This document shows, piece by piece, positions 25,290-39,049 of a stretch of 64,000 bases of DNA (position 1 is its first letter; every line of letters starts with the position of its first letter). A program made the position numbers and the translations under genes. The notes below the pieces were generated by a model, which had not been told where the DNA came from, did not search any database, and worked only from the letters and a program-made list of their open reading frames with translations. The stretch comes from Octopus sinensis. Its lineage: Eukaryota. The stretch lies in contig NC_043003.1 in the NCBI RefSeq assembly GCF_006345805.1, positions 76,818,001-76,882,000 of the forward strand. Direction: 5' to 3'.

Positions 25290-26345
25290 ACTTTTATACC
25301 CCTTGATCGGATCCGGTTGCAATTCTTCTCAGCTGCTTCTCTCATAGCCTTCAGAAATCTATTTCTCTTTTACCCAGCAACTCAGAACTGTTTCATGACA
25401 TTTTAGGTCGATTTACTCACAGAGGACTTTTGCGTGGAAACAAGTTTCTATCGGTTTGATGACTGAACAACCACATTTCTCAGTCTTCAAGATGTGGACT
25501 TCGTTCATTCTGCTTTCACATGGCACAGTAAATTCATTCAGAATAATATAAAATATAAAAGTAAAAGATATTAGAGAAACGGCAACTAGTGAATAAATAT
25601 AATATAAAATGTGTGAGTAGAGAAAATATCCTCTCTCATACCACTCTTGTTGATGATGTCTGGGTGATTTTTCCATTCTAGAAGGTCTGCTGTGATCTCC
25701 CACTCATCCGGTCCATCCAATAGATCATGCTTCCGTGATTCAAGTATTCGAGTGGCGCAGCTGTTCAAGCTCTCAAATAATTTTTGCCTCCTGGCGTGTA
25801 GTCCATTGGTGGACTTTACCGTTGCGTCGTCTTCCCTCTACCAATGAATTTGTTATATAAGGTCTCTCTAAGCATTTGATTGTGCCTCCATGTGTAAATT
25901 CCTTAGGCTAGTGCCCATTTGACTGAACTGAGGATATGCCCCGAGGTTTGTTTGCCTGGACAGAGTGCGCATCGAAGCTTATTTAACTTTCTTACGTCTC
26001 AACAGGTTTGTATTTGAGACAGGTCATATACATATCTGACGATAACAACGACACCCGTGGTGCATGTCATTTCAGCAAAGATTTCTTTTGAGTCCAATCT
26101 TCTACATCATCCATTATCCATGTTGGCCCTGCTGCACTGCTTTCTAGATTCTCTCGGCAACCTCTTCCTCCTCCCTTGCAGAATAACTTCACCTTTTTTT
26201 TATTTCTCTATTGCCTTTGATCACCTCTCCTTTCAGCCTAGATACTGTCTATTTATCTATGTGTGTCTCATTATCTCTCTACACTTGAGGCTCCCTTTTG
26301 TTGCATCGGCTGCCTTGTGGACCTCCCACGGCTACAGGAAATGAT
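25290..26345 (-). mobile_element. HERO-like RLE non-LTR retrotransposon 3' fragment
   Basis: KAVQQG..YVYDL..RCALCPGKQTSGHILSS..GIYTWRHNQMLR..EWEITADL..MREDI..EFTVPCESRMNEVH..EAAEK: CCHC knuckle followed by RLE motifs. Confidence 0.85.
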
Positions 26346-27666
26346 ATTTCATCAAATTGCCACGCAATGGGATCACACTCATTACCTCCCAGTTCCAAAG
26401 CGAATTTCCTAAACATTTAGCCATACTGCACTTGTACGCGCACACCTCATACATGTGAGTTTATGGAGTGTGCATATGTGTATATACATATGTTTTTAAG
26501 TTCTTGGCGTTTACATTTGCGTATATACGTATGTCTGTATGTAAGTACGTATATACAATGTATTTCCGAGCTTTCGGTGATTCAGTTCCACTTGATCGTT
26601 AAGCAGTAATATCTGCGCTCAGTATTTTCATGTGGGTGTATAAATATTCTACAAACACATGTAACCTTAACATAATTCTCTGGTGGAATCAGAGTCCCAC
26701 AGTGTTTGGATTCTAACCAGTTAAAATACATCTGATGGATCACTGCACCGTTTCCGCCTTCTTAGCTTCGCTCACATATACAGCTCAATTGAAAGGCATT
26801 TGGCTAAGATGTCAAGTAACTGAATCGAGCCCAACACCTCATCATGAAAGAGCCAACATTTTCAGAATTAGGATAAGCCGTTATACATACGTTCATACAT
26901 AAATGCAAGCATATAGGCATACACACACACATACATACATACATACATACATACATACATACATACATACATACATACATACATACATACATACATGCAT
27001 ACATACATACGCAGACAGGTGCATTCATATACCCAAGTATATTGGTATGTACCAATACAAACACACATTAACAGACTTTTATACTAATGCAGTATGTCTA
27101 GACCTGCATTAATACATATATACAAAAATACACACATATACATTCAATTCAATATAAGTAAGCACATATACCCAGAGACATATGATCAAACATACATTAA
27201 TAAATAATACCAATACTGACTCTGTCATAAAAGTGAAATAACTCACAGTAAAAATATTATCCCAGCAGGAATAATTATGAATTATTACAAAGAAAGAATA
27301 AATATATTAGGCAAAGAAATTCTCCATTATAATATTGAAATATTATTATAAGGAAAACATTATTGGCTTACGCACGAATAATATAAAATATAAAGGTAAA
27401 ATATATTAGAGTAACTGCGGCAAGAAACACCGAAGTACAGGAAAAATATTATATAAATGCGAAAAGTACTAAACGCTAAAGAACCCTGTTGAATAAGTTG
27501 AATGTTCAAAACGATATAACTATACGCAAAATTATATAATTATATATATATATATATACATGCTCGAAACGTTAAAGACTTTTTCACTTCCTGAGCATTA
27601 TACTAATACGTCTGTTTGTTGTGTACACCACCTGTCTTCGTCTTTTGATTTTTTTTTGTAAATTCT

Positions 27667-27706
<40 letters not shown>

Positions 27707-27898
27707 CTCCCAGTAGAAATAGCTAAAAAACTTTTTGGCTGCTATTTCTAAAAATGTCAGTATGTGGCAAAGTAATTTATTTTACTAAGCCCTAATTATA
27801 TAATGTAATATTTTGAATACGCCTTAAATGGTCCTTTTACATACTGAATACAACTTGGTGAAATTGATTAATAACTAATTAGTTTTACCCTTAATTAT

Positions 27899-27982
<84 letters not shown>

Positions 27983-28239
27983 CAAAATCCACAGGCTTTT
28001 TATTCTATGTTTATTTTATCTTATTCCTTTCTATTAATATTAATATTAGAATATACTTCAGACAATCTTTAGCGTCCAGCTATCAGAAGTATTCACAGAA
28101 CCACTAACAACAAATTGTAGTCATAAGCGTTAGTGATTGTTGTGCTTAACCGTTAACTGGAAATTAACTGAGAGCTAATAGGGTACCCGCCTGGGTACTA
28201 TATCCCTCCATAGGAGTAATTATAAGGACAAGCAAATTA

Positions 28240-28860
28240 GGCGAGTCAATATACAAAAAATATTAAATACATTTAATACAAAAACTGTACATATGTATGC
28301 CAACTTACACAGAATATAAATGATATCAGGAATTAAAGGTGTTCAGTAAGAGTTTTGCGAATCCAAGAGCTGTTTTTTGGCGGCTTGTTGGTCCAAAATA
28401 ATGATAGTAACTTGATTCCATCATCAGATAACGCCAGCTTCCATCTTGAGGGAAGAATTTTACATTTCAGGTGTTGACAGAATGGAGTTTATTGGTGCAA
28501 TGATTTTGAGGACAACTAAGTGTATTAAGAAGAGTAGTTGAGGATTAGACAGAGAGTAGTGAGAGGAGGAAATAGATTTCGGGGTTAGGGTTAATAATGG
28601 GACTAATGATAGTAGTAGAGGTAGAAGGCGAGAAGCAGGGGGAAGTGTGATTTAGGTAGTATGTGAATGGTGACCTTTGTGTTAGGATTATGAAGGATAC
28701 AGAGTTAAAGTTTGAGATAGTGAAAGGGATGGCTTCTATTTGAGGAAAATGAGTTGACTGGTTCAGTAGCTGAGCCGGGTGAGAAGGCGGGCAAAAGTAG
28801 CTGCTAGTAGGTTGAAGAAATCGGATCGGAATTGGAGGTGGGGATCTTACTGTAAAGAGA
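28240..28860 (-). mobile_element. Decayed Penelope-like fragments
   Basis: [15 protein letters not shown] resembles the PLE N-terminal region (PFxRLQPxxSxWTPP); adjoins (TA)n tracts and a hammerhead-like relic at 28051-28095. Confidence 0.35.
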
Positions 28861-28912
28861 TGAGTATGGAATTGAACATTACACATATATATATACGTAT
28901 GTATGTATGTAT

Positions 28913-28965
<53 letters not shown>

Positions 28966-29073
28966 TATGTATGTATATGTATATAAATGTTATATTTATA
29001 TATATATACATATACATATATATACATATATATGCATGTATATATATATATATATATATATATACATACATAA

Positions 29074-29136
<63 letters not shown>

Positions 29137-29900
29137 ATATATATACACATACATAAATACATACATATATATACATATGCATATATATGTATATATATAG
29201 TTTTCTGTCTGAAGAATTTCTAATAAGATATATCTTATGGTTTCTACTGCATGTACAAATTTCTATCTTTTATTATCAGATCAAAGAAGTGTCATAGTTA
29301 TTAAATAAATATTTCAAATATGATTGCAACAAGGCTTATACGTACTTTAACCGTACTGGGCATTGCATGATCATGTACTATTTTATTTGCTGAATAGTTA
29401 ATGCTTAGATGGTATTCTCAAAGCTTAAATCAGTTAGTTGTAGTAGCAGTAAGATAATCAAGTAGATTTAATGTATCGATATTAGAATTAATTGTATTTC
29501 CTAATATATTTGAGTGGTGGAATGAAAATAATACGACAGCGCTTTTATTCAGAATGCAGTAATTTCTTACATGGGAATAGATAAGGAATGTTTTGGCTAA
29601 AAGTTTTCCATTTCGAAAGTAAAAGTAGAATTACACATTCACACATTTTGTTTTTATTTAAGCTTATTTCTCTTTCTACCAACATTGCATTTTATCTATT
29701 TAGTCACTGGTACCATGAGTTTCACCGTAATACAATAAACGATGTTTGAAATTTAATGATTGGAAGAGTTATTTCAATTGTCTCAGACAACCTTGTTAAT
29801 TAGTACGCAATAACATAACTAGGGCTTTCTATAACATACGCTCCGCACGTCATTCAGCGGCATTCAGTTTATGGTAGAAGAATAACGATGAATATAAAGG

Positions 29901-29964
<64 letters not shown>

Positions 29965-30229
29965 TATATATATATGGTTGTCTTGGGAGAGTTTTGATGA
30001 CATCCTGACGAAAATCTTCTAACTAAGCATTAATTCCATACCAACTGAACATATTCATGGTAAACTTCTCGTTCTTTTTTTCATCATCTTCTAACTCAGT
30101 TGGTAATACTAATTTGTCTAATATCTCTGAAATGAACACGTACACCTAATAGAACAGTAATACTGGAAGAAACACAGATTTACTTTTCTATAGTGTATCA
30201 GAAACTTAATATTAGTATAATAATCTATG

Positions 30230-30809
30230 ACTAGTAATCCCGTGAATATAAACAGAAATGATGATGTAACCCCCTTTATACTTTCAACTTGAAAGTAAAA
30301 GTACATAAAAAGAACCTCGTTCTAACTTGAGACAAAGTAAGAGTAAGTGCAACGGGAATAATACAAATTTTACTTGTACAAACCCACATATAAGGAGTAC
30401 TAACATACAGGCTTTCTATGTCGCAGGATTTTCTATTTTCAAAACCAAAAGTACTAATAACGGACACAATCATTAATGATATACACATCGGCATTAACGA
30501 TATACTAAATAGTATTAGTAATAAGAACTTAAACTTTGATAAGGGAAAGAACCTGAATTGCAGCGGATGAAATGGAAATTAACTAGGATCTTTGGGGATA
30601 ACACACTTAAAAATAACTGTACTACGGCCGTTTAATGTTTTCTTGAAGGCAAGTGCCTTATGAATAATATATTCTGCAAATTCAAAGCCATTATCCAGGT
30701 TACCAATATATATTTTATTGACCCCACATAGGACAAATTTAAGTATCGCTACAATACGCATAAACATACACTTACTAACAAAGCAGTAGGACGTCACTAG
30801 CAGAATATA
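30230..30809 (+). mobile_element. Penelope-like GIY-YIG remnant
   Basis: CFLEGKCLMNNIFCKFKA..DKFKYRYNTHKH..TSLAEY matches CPLxGxCL..IVYKA..FKxRYxNH..TxLSxYIW. Confidence 0.6.
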
Positions 30810-31320
30810 CGAGTTGGTCTCAAAAATATCCATCGGTTATGTTTAATAAAAAAAATAACATATTTACTTAAGTTTTAACATCATTACCTTCGAAATTATT
30901 ACCTTGCGCATGATTACATCGGTCCCAGCGTTCCTTCCCACATTTGGAATCCGGCCTGGAAGTAGTTTTTTGTAAGCGTGTCGTGGACCTTCTGCGATTC
31001 GATCTGGATCTTGACAACGGTGTTAAAACGGTGACCTTTGAGCTGCATTTTCATCTTGGAGAACAGATGGAAATCCACAGGCGCTGAATCTGGCAAACAC
31101 GACGGTTGCGGAAGCAATACCATGGTGTTTTGGAGGAGAAGCTCCTAAATGAGGAGAGTTCAATGACAGGGTGCAATATCCTCGTGAAGAATCCAATCCT
31201 TCCTGCTCCAAAGATCCGATCGCTTTCACCGAATGTCCTCCCTTAAATAATTTAAAACGTCGCAGTAGAATTCGGGATTTATGGTCTCACTCTGGGGAGC
31301 AACGTAATTCTCCAGGCGTG
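30810..31320 (-). mobile_element. Mariner 3' half with terminal repeat, inserted at TA
   Basis: ETINPEFYCDVLNYLREDIR..WILHED..LPDSAPVDFHLFSKMKMQLKGHRF..WDRC; terminus TA|CGAGTTGGTCTCAAAAATATCC. Confidence 0.88.
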
Positions 31321-31329
31321 CAGGTACTT

Positions 31330-31560
31330 GATTATGCAATCATTTCCGTATATTATGAGATCTTGTGTTTCCGTAAGTTAAAATTCTTGGCTTCAAAAGC
31401 TTCCTTTGTATCTTTCTTACCCTGGAGTTATCAAAGGATGTGTTGTGAATGCAGTTGCGTTGGCAAACCGCTTTGGATATGTCGACAGTGGAATACTGAT
31501 TCTGCTACTGTTAAATTGATTGCCGTTTTAAAGGGATTGCGTTTGATTTCTTTGTACAGT
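31330..31560 (-). pseudogene. Possible Tc1-like DNA-binding-domain fragment
   Basis: LYKEIKRNPFKTAINL resembles LxRxVKxNPxxTAxxL. Confidence 0.3.
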
Positions 31561-31562
31561 TA

Positions 31563-31750
31563 ATTTGTTCTTCATGGGTGATTACACATGCGATTGTTCA
31601 TAGCTGACCTTTAAGAATCGGCCCATGCGTACATATATATGGTCGTTCACATACATACTTATATACATGCTAACCTTCGGACACATACACACATACACGC
31701 GCGCACACACAGACACGTGTTTAGTATGCATGGATGTATCTGTCTACGAA

Positions 31751-31786
<36 letters not shown>

Positions 31787-31818
31787 TCTCTCACTCTCTC
31801 CCTCACACTCTCTTACTT

Positions 31819-31864
<46 letters not shown>

Positions 31865-32101
31865 CATGTGCACACACGCATCTATGTATGTGTACTCGTG
31901 CGTGTGTATATATGTACATATATTTGTATATGTGTATATGTGTGTATGTCTCTATATACGCATGTATATGTGTGTGTATGTGTCCGAGCGTTAGCATATA
32001 TATGGATGTATATATGAATGACCATGTATGTGTACGTATGGGCCGATTCCTCAGGGCCAGCTAAGGATAATCGCATGTGTAACCAACCATGCAGAACAAA
32101 T
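31563..32101. mobile_element. MITE-like element: ~90-bp inverted arms around a microsatellite core
   Basis: ATTTGTTCTTCATGGGTGATTACACATGCGATT..GAATCGGCCCAT is mirrored by ATGGGCCGATTC..AATCGCATGTGTAACCAACCATGCAGAACAAAT. Confidence 0.7.
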
Positions 32102-32334
32102 AACCGCACAAAGAAATCAAATGTCAATCCAAGTCTTTTCAATTATCTTTCACACACGACAGAAGCCCAAATGCAAACCTGGAAGTACGTATAATACACT
32201 AATAACCTCTAACAAATTATATCCTTGCATAAGAACTATATTCTTAACGGTAAAAGAGTTTTGCTTCATAACTGTAATAACAATAATATTAATATAATAA
32301 TCACTTCTTAAATAATAATATCAATAGTAAGAGT

Positions 32335-33174
32335 ACTTGTAAATGTGCTCCGAATAAAACTTGCATTCTCAACGGAAATCGTAGAATTAAAAACGTTGTT
32401 TATCAATGTAAAGTTTGTTCAGGAACTAAGGAATATTTTTATATTGGTATTTCGGAATTAAAAGAAATATTTGGCCAACCCTCTTTCTACATTTAAATAT
32501 ATTCATAAACTTTATACTACAGGTCTTAGTAAACTAATTTGGCATCTCAAAGACTGTAATAACAATTTTCTTTGGACTGGAACATTTTGTCAAGATCGTT
32601 TCCTTATGATAAGGGGAAATCTTTCTACTCTCTTTGTATGAACGAACAACTAATTATATTTTATTACAAGCACACACTGGTCAACACCTATAAAGATCAT
32701 GTTTGCTGGTGTTTACATTGAAAAAACACACTTTTCTTTATTTCAAATAAGATCTGCAACTTACACTTTGTTCTTTTCATCCCAGCATCACATTGGTTCC
32801 TTATTTTTTCTATTCATCTGTCATTCACTTTCTATTTCTTTATACCTCCATTGCTGTTTTAATTTTTTCTCTCTTCCTTTTCTTCTCTCGTACGGTGACG
32901 TCAGATCCCTTAACGGTATATTAAAATTACTAGCGTTCCCTATCCACCTTTGTTTTCCATATATATTATATATTATAGTTCCTTACATCTGTAAAAGTGG
33001 CTTATTGATGAGCACTGTTTTTATGTCGTCCTCTCTGATAAGAGTGATGCATTTTTCCACATTATTCTTTTCTCTCAGATTTATTTTAATGCATCAATCG
33101 AAACATATGTCGGTGATAGGGTAATATAAATGATTTATATAACATCCTGTGTGTTTGTCTCCATTTTCCATTAC

Positions 33175-33180
<6 letters not shown>
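32335..33180 (+). mobile_element. Penelope-like element 3' end: GIY-YIG remnant plus hammerhead-bearing tail, ending at (TA)n
   Basis: TCKC..CILNGN..KNVVYQCKVCSGTKEYFYIGISE..GLSKLIWHLK..SLCMNEQLII..LVN; the tail carries a hammerhead motif. Confidence 0.82.
33030..33120 (+). ncRNA. Hammerhead ribozyme relic (G8A)
   Basis: CUGAUAA-GAGUGAUGCAU(36 nt)AUGCAUCAAUC-GAAAC-AUAU-GUC; helix I is poorly paired. Confidence 0.6.
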
Positions 33181-33231
<51 letters not shown>

Positions 33232-33518
33232 ACCTACACTCACAGTATACTCAGACATTCATATATACAGATTTTAGGTTTTAAACTTTTTGTGATATTT
33301 CAACTTCGGAAATACAATTCACTGCAATTGCCTAAGAGAGAAATACTTACGGCAAAAGCTGTAAAAAATATATCCAGTGCCTCTCCCAGTTAGATTTTCA
33401 GACAGTCGTTTCTAACTCTTTATCTTTCCTCAATTCGATATATCTAAGAGAGATAACCGTGAGCAGATTAAAGACGTAACATTAGTTAAAAAGTAGTCAA
33501 CTGATGTTGCCTGCAAAA

Positions 33519-33574
<56 letters not shown>

Positions 33575-33575
33575 C

Positions 33576-33608
<33 letters not shown>

Positions 33609-34622
33609 CAGACTTTAAATAGTTTCAGCTCGGAAACCTAAGGTCATGCTGGAGCAAAACTGTTGTTTTTGCTACAGCTTCATTGTTTGAAAGTTTCTGA
33701 TATGTGGCATTTGGTGAATGTGGGAGTTTGATGATGCTGCCGCCATCTGTGTTACCTGTTGTCAGGCAGAATCATTCAGAACACTTGACAGGAGGATACC
33801 CAGTTTCGTTTTGAAGACACCTACATCCACACTATCCAGGTCTCTCAGTCATTTTGAAGGATACTGAAAACCTATGATCCCTTGAAATCCAGGCTGTTGC
33901 GGTATCTGGTCCTATGATGTTATTTTTGTAATATATTAATCTTAAATTATATTTATGCCTGTGACTGAAACTCTGAAGATTTTTCCTAACGTTACCTCCT
34001 TTTCCTTACATAATGGATGGTGTTGTGGCCAAACAATGACGGAACCAAATATAATTTAAACATCTTCCAGTTAAACAATGTAGTTTGACACCATACACGC
34101 AGCAATGTCGTAGCACTGAGTCAACGATGCTTCATGTTATTATGCTTCTATTTTTAGAGACACTGACGTTACACAAGTATGGTCACTCTTTTTAATAGAA
34201 TTCAGCAAACAAAATATTTACTGATTTCTGATAAGGCCAAGCTAATATTTGCTTATGGTAAGCACATCAAACAGCAAAGAACCAATACAATAGTGTTTAT
34301 ATTCAATCTTGATAGGCTCCGATAAAACTAAATGTAAATAAACATTTTTTCTTGAATACAGCATTCGAAGAATAATTTCGACTTTTAAACGATGGGTCCT
34401 GCTAGCTGACTTCAGGAACGTTTTACTCTCTGAGACACCAATGTTTTGGCACGACAATTACTCCTCAGGTAAGGATACCACACCGTTGTCTGAATTTAAA
34501 CAAGAACAGTTGTTCTTATTTTAACGACTGAGTAACCAATATATTTGCTGATGCTACGGAAGACCTGCTAAGCTTACACTAAATTATTACAAGAACATTA
34601 AACAGCGTGTATCAAAATGATA

Positions 34623-34670
<48 letters not shown>

Positions 34671-34672
<2 letters not shown>

Positions 34673-35880
34673 AGGTGCGTAAGGTATTTGAGTACATCCC
34701 TTTAGGGGTTTATTTATACATTTTTTGCTCACTCTGTATGATCTTTTTTTCAGAAAATAATAATGCCAGACTCTCAGCTTGTTCAAGAAATGAAATGGCA
34801 TGTTGTTATTGTAGTTATAAATGCTGAGCATAGCGATTTAGAAATATCTTGATTTTTAAAGTTCGCTAAATCTTTTGTCTACAAGGTTTGTAAGGAGCTA
34901 GAGACTGAAGATGGAGGCGTATCACCAGTATCGAAACATAAAAAGCATTCTAAACGCTCTGAAAATATCTCAGAATACATACATTTATCCAGCAGATTCA
35001 ACAGACCATTGATTACACTCCCAGAAAGTTCAAGAGGTTAATTGCAAAAGATCCCATGTGTCAGAAGGAACAGTCAGAAATGTTGCCCACGAAGACATCA
35101 GATATAAGTCTTATATGATGAGGAAAGGTCAGTTTGTCAGAAAAAGCAACAGAAAATCAGTACATCACATCTAAAAGGCTCGAACAAATTGAAAAATGCA
35201 GCAGACGAGAAAAACTTCGACAAAGATCAAAAATTAACAGAAGAAACGACTGATAATTATGTGCAGAACCTCCTAAAGTTCCACGTATTATGCATACAAA
35301 ATTCCCTGCAACTGTTATGGTTTAAGGGGTTGTCAGCAATAAAGGACATGTGATGCCTCCTTACTACTTTCCACAAAGTCTTAGAGTTAACACTGCCGCC
35401 TACATTGAGGTGGTCCTGAAAAGAATTGATAAGCCCTGGATAGAGAGTGTATGCAATGGGAGGCCATATGTGTTTCAGTAAGACTCTGCACTATCACACA
35501 TGGCCCTAGTAACACGGGAATGGATGGTTGAAAATTTTCATGATCACGTAACCCCTAAGATATGACCTCCTAATTCCCCAGATCTCAATCCATTGGACTT
35601 AGATGTGGAGCGTTGTTGAGAGAGGGATCAATGAACACGCCCATAACACCAAAGATTTTTTGAGCTAAGTCCAAAATGAACCAGGATGACTTGATTCGAG
35701 TATGTAGATGATTTAGATCTCATATAAAAGTAGTTGTTGAAGTTGAAGGTGGCTTTATTGAATAATATTATAGAAAAGGAGGTTTATTTTTATCCTCATA
35801 GCATTTTTTGATAAGTTATTATCTGTTATTATATATCTGTTTTTTTATAAACATATATCTGTCCTCAAAAATTTTTAATA
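34671..35880 (+). mobile_element. maT-type (D,D37D) transposon, near full length, decayed
   Basis: DEKNFDKDQK.NRRND..KFPATVMV.GVVS..FQ*DSALSH(37 aa)PPNSPDLNPLD; starts TA|CAAGGTGCGT. Confidence 0.9.
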
Positions 35881-36141
35881 TATGCGTGTCTATGTGTTTT
35901 TAAGCATATGCATACATGCATATGTGCATATCTATGCATATTTATATACATACATATATTTGCATGTATTTATATATATATTCTTAAAATGTTCCAACAC
36001 ACGTATATGTGAATATGCTTTCCGTAGTTTAAAAATTGAAGTTTTTCTAAGTACTTGTATAAAACAAATTTATGCAATATATTCTGAAATAGTTTTATAA
36101 TTTATAGATTTAGAATAATTTTTTGTGTATATGGAAGCGCT

Positions 36142-36174
<33 letters not shown>

Positions 36175-36209
36175 GTATCTATGTATATGTACATGTATAT
36201 AAGAATATA

Positions 36210-36240
<31 letters not shown>

Positions 36241-36399
36241 GAATAATGTATATAATTCACTTTTATTGTTTTCTAACTTTGTGTCTCCATATTTAGCTTA
36301 TTTCGACTATTTTCATACTCTGATATTAAATTCTCACATATTTTTGTTGGGTGTCTTATTTGCTATTTCTCATTAACAATATTCGTTCCTAACTGAGTA

Positions 36400-36800
36400 A
36401 GTTTATTTGTAGAGTAACTAAATTGTCGCCACCGTTTATTTTCTTCACTAATTTATCTCCAGTTGAATACTTCTATTCTTTCAAAAACTGTATTAATTAC
36501 TTCGCTACTATTTATATTTTCTTGCTTGCATGATACGATGAGTTCATCTCCTATAAATCCTTTCATAATAACACTGTCATTTCAGGTTCTGAACCATTTA
36601 GTTTAAATTTATAAATACCTCTACTTTCTATCTCATTTATTTCAATGGAAAGTCTTATAATAAAATGCCAAATACATACGTTCTATCAATAATATTTCTC
36701 CTGATAGTAAGTTAACCTTTAAATTTGTTCATTGCAATTTTCAATTTACTTCACCACTTCAATTTGTATACATTATTTACTTTTGTATAGTAATTATCTA
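36400..36800 (-). mobile_element. Possible Penelope-like GIY-YIG C-terminal remnant
   Basis: RLSIEI..RGIYKFKL resembles TxLSxEIW..KxxGIxYxLKW; very decayed. Confidence 0.25.
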
Positions 36801-37177
36801 TGATGAATGCCCAATATCTAAAAGATGATACTCCACATATAGCTACTGTTTAAATGACTGAATTTATTAATATAGTAGGTTTTCATTGCGGAATCTTAGC
36901 TATGTCTATTGATTTATGTTTGAAAGTATTTACTGTCAATCATCTATGTTTTTGGCAGTTAGATCTTTCAAATATTTCTTCTTTCACTGACCGAGGTCAT
37001 TTTCTCATCACTAAATTTTAAAAATTCGATATCTTTTATTACTATTATTTTTTTTTCAATGTAGATGTAATATCGCTGTTTCTGAATTTCTGAATTACAT
37101 ATTCGGTATTCAAATATTTTTTTCTACTACTTTACTCACATATATATAGGTCTGTTAATCAGAATACATACATATAT

Positions 37178-37223
<46 letters not shown>

Positions 37224-37250
37224 CACATACACATACACAGATGCACATAC

Positions 37251-37365
<115 letters not shown>

Positions 37366-37839
37366 TGTGTGTGTGTATGTATGTGTCGTGCGTATGTGTT
37401 TGTGTGTATGTAAAACCATAACCAACCCTAGCCCATGTAGCGTTTTAAGTGGCTCCGGTACATATACATCTCTTGGCCCAGCAGATTGTTGACTATATGA
37501 CAGTCAGGAAATAGAAAGGAAGGTGACAGTACTTGGTCGGTTCTCGTTTTTCTGACGCATCAACTGGAACAACGTAAAATGAATGGTAAGCCCCACGCCC
37601 AAAGCGTCATTTTCACAATTACTCGCGCGCGTAAACATTTGCTTCTTCAGAAATGACATGGGATTAAACGTCAAGAGACCTGCTCGTGATGATCGTTCTT
37701 CTGTAATCCTCAAACGGTGCGATGCCCCAGTTGATTCATAATCCTTTACATAACAGTTCTTTCCTCTATGGTCGATCATATTTATCCCATAGGAACAATG
37801 TCGTCTTCCTCAGAACTATCATCGCAGTTATCTTTATTG

Positions 37840-38620
37840 CCACCAATCATCACCACAACCACCACAAAGCCATCACCACAACGACCACCACCACCACAGC
37901 CACCACTACAACTACTACGACCACATTCACTGCCCTCTCTACTACTACTACCAATATCATTATCAACACCACCACCACTCGTAACATTATTATTGCCCAT
38001 CCTTCCTACCGCTGCTGGTGGCATATCTTCGACTACGATTGCCCCCTGATCTTTTGAATCCTAACTACAATCGTTGAAACTACCACCTACACTACCTCTA
38101 CACTTTCACTGACACCACCATCACCACCACTACTACGTCATCACTACAAAGTCATTACTAAGGGCATTACATCATCAGCACTACAACCATTCCGCAAATA
38201 CAACACCACCACTGTGATAACTCTACATTCACAATAACCACCGTCTCCGCTGCTACCTTTCCTGAAACTATAAGCACTACCAATGCCCCATTACTACTAC
38301 TACTACTACTACTACCACAACCACCACCACTACAACCATCACCACTACTACTACTCTCAATGCTGCTGCTACTACTACTACTACTACTGCTGTTATCGTC
38401 CTCACAACTATCATTATTTCATCGTGTACAACACAATACTACCACCACACTATTACAATCACAGCAACACCCCATCAACATCATCTCTACCACTACTACA
38501 ACTACTGCTACGACTACTATTGCTTCAACTACTACTTTTTGCAATAACTATCACTGTTGCTGCTGCTACTATTACTACTGCTGCTGTTACTACTACGACT
38601 TCTACGGTAACGACGACACG
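37840..38620. repeat. Degenerate (ACT)/(ACC) trinucleotide tract
   Basis: Direct reading. Confidence 0.95.
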
Positions 38621-39049
38621 TATGTAGACTCATCATTAATGTCCTGTGTATGATTAATAGCCGCGTACTGTACCCAGTCAATCTATTTCCTTTCTGCAGT
38701 CGGATAAAATGTTTCTGATAAATTAGTTCCAATTTCCCAAGATGTCTTCCATTGTAATTTAAAATGTCTTCTTGCCAGAGAATACTAACTGGCTCACAAT
38801 ATAAATAGATCTAAATTTTTAAACTCATTCACTTCGTTCTTTCTTTCATTCTCTCTTTGGTTATTTCTTTCTCATGTGTGTTTGTGTGGTGTGGTATGTG
38901 TGTTTTTGTGTGCGTGAGAGAGAGAGAGAGACAAAGAGGGGAGAGAGGGAGAGATAGTGTGTGTGTGAGCTGCTTGTCATTCTTTCTCAACCAATAAAAT
39001 ATAGAACCAGTCCGGGACAGTGGATTGCCAGAACTATAAGAATGTCGAA

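Noticed and set aside
27485-27580. CTGTTGA...GCTCGAAACGTTA
   Set aside because: A6 is mutated and no helices form; at most a very old relic.
29810-29870. Minus-strand CTGAATGA...GAAAGCCCTAG
   Set aside because: The core has an insertion and the helices do not pair.
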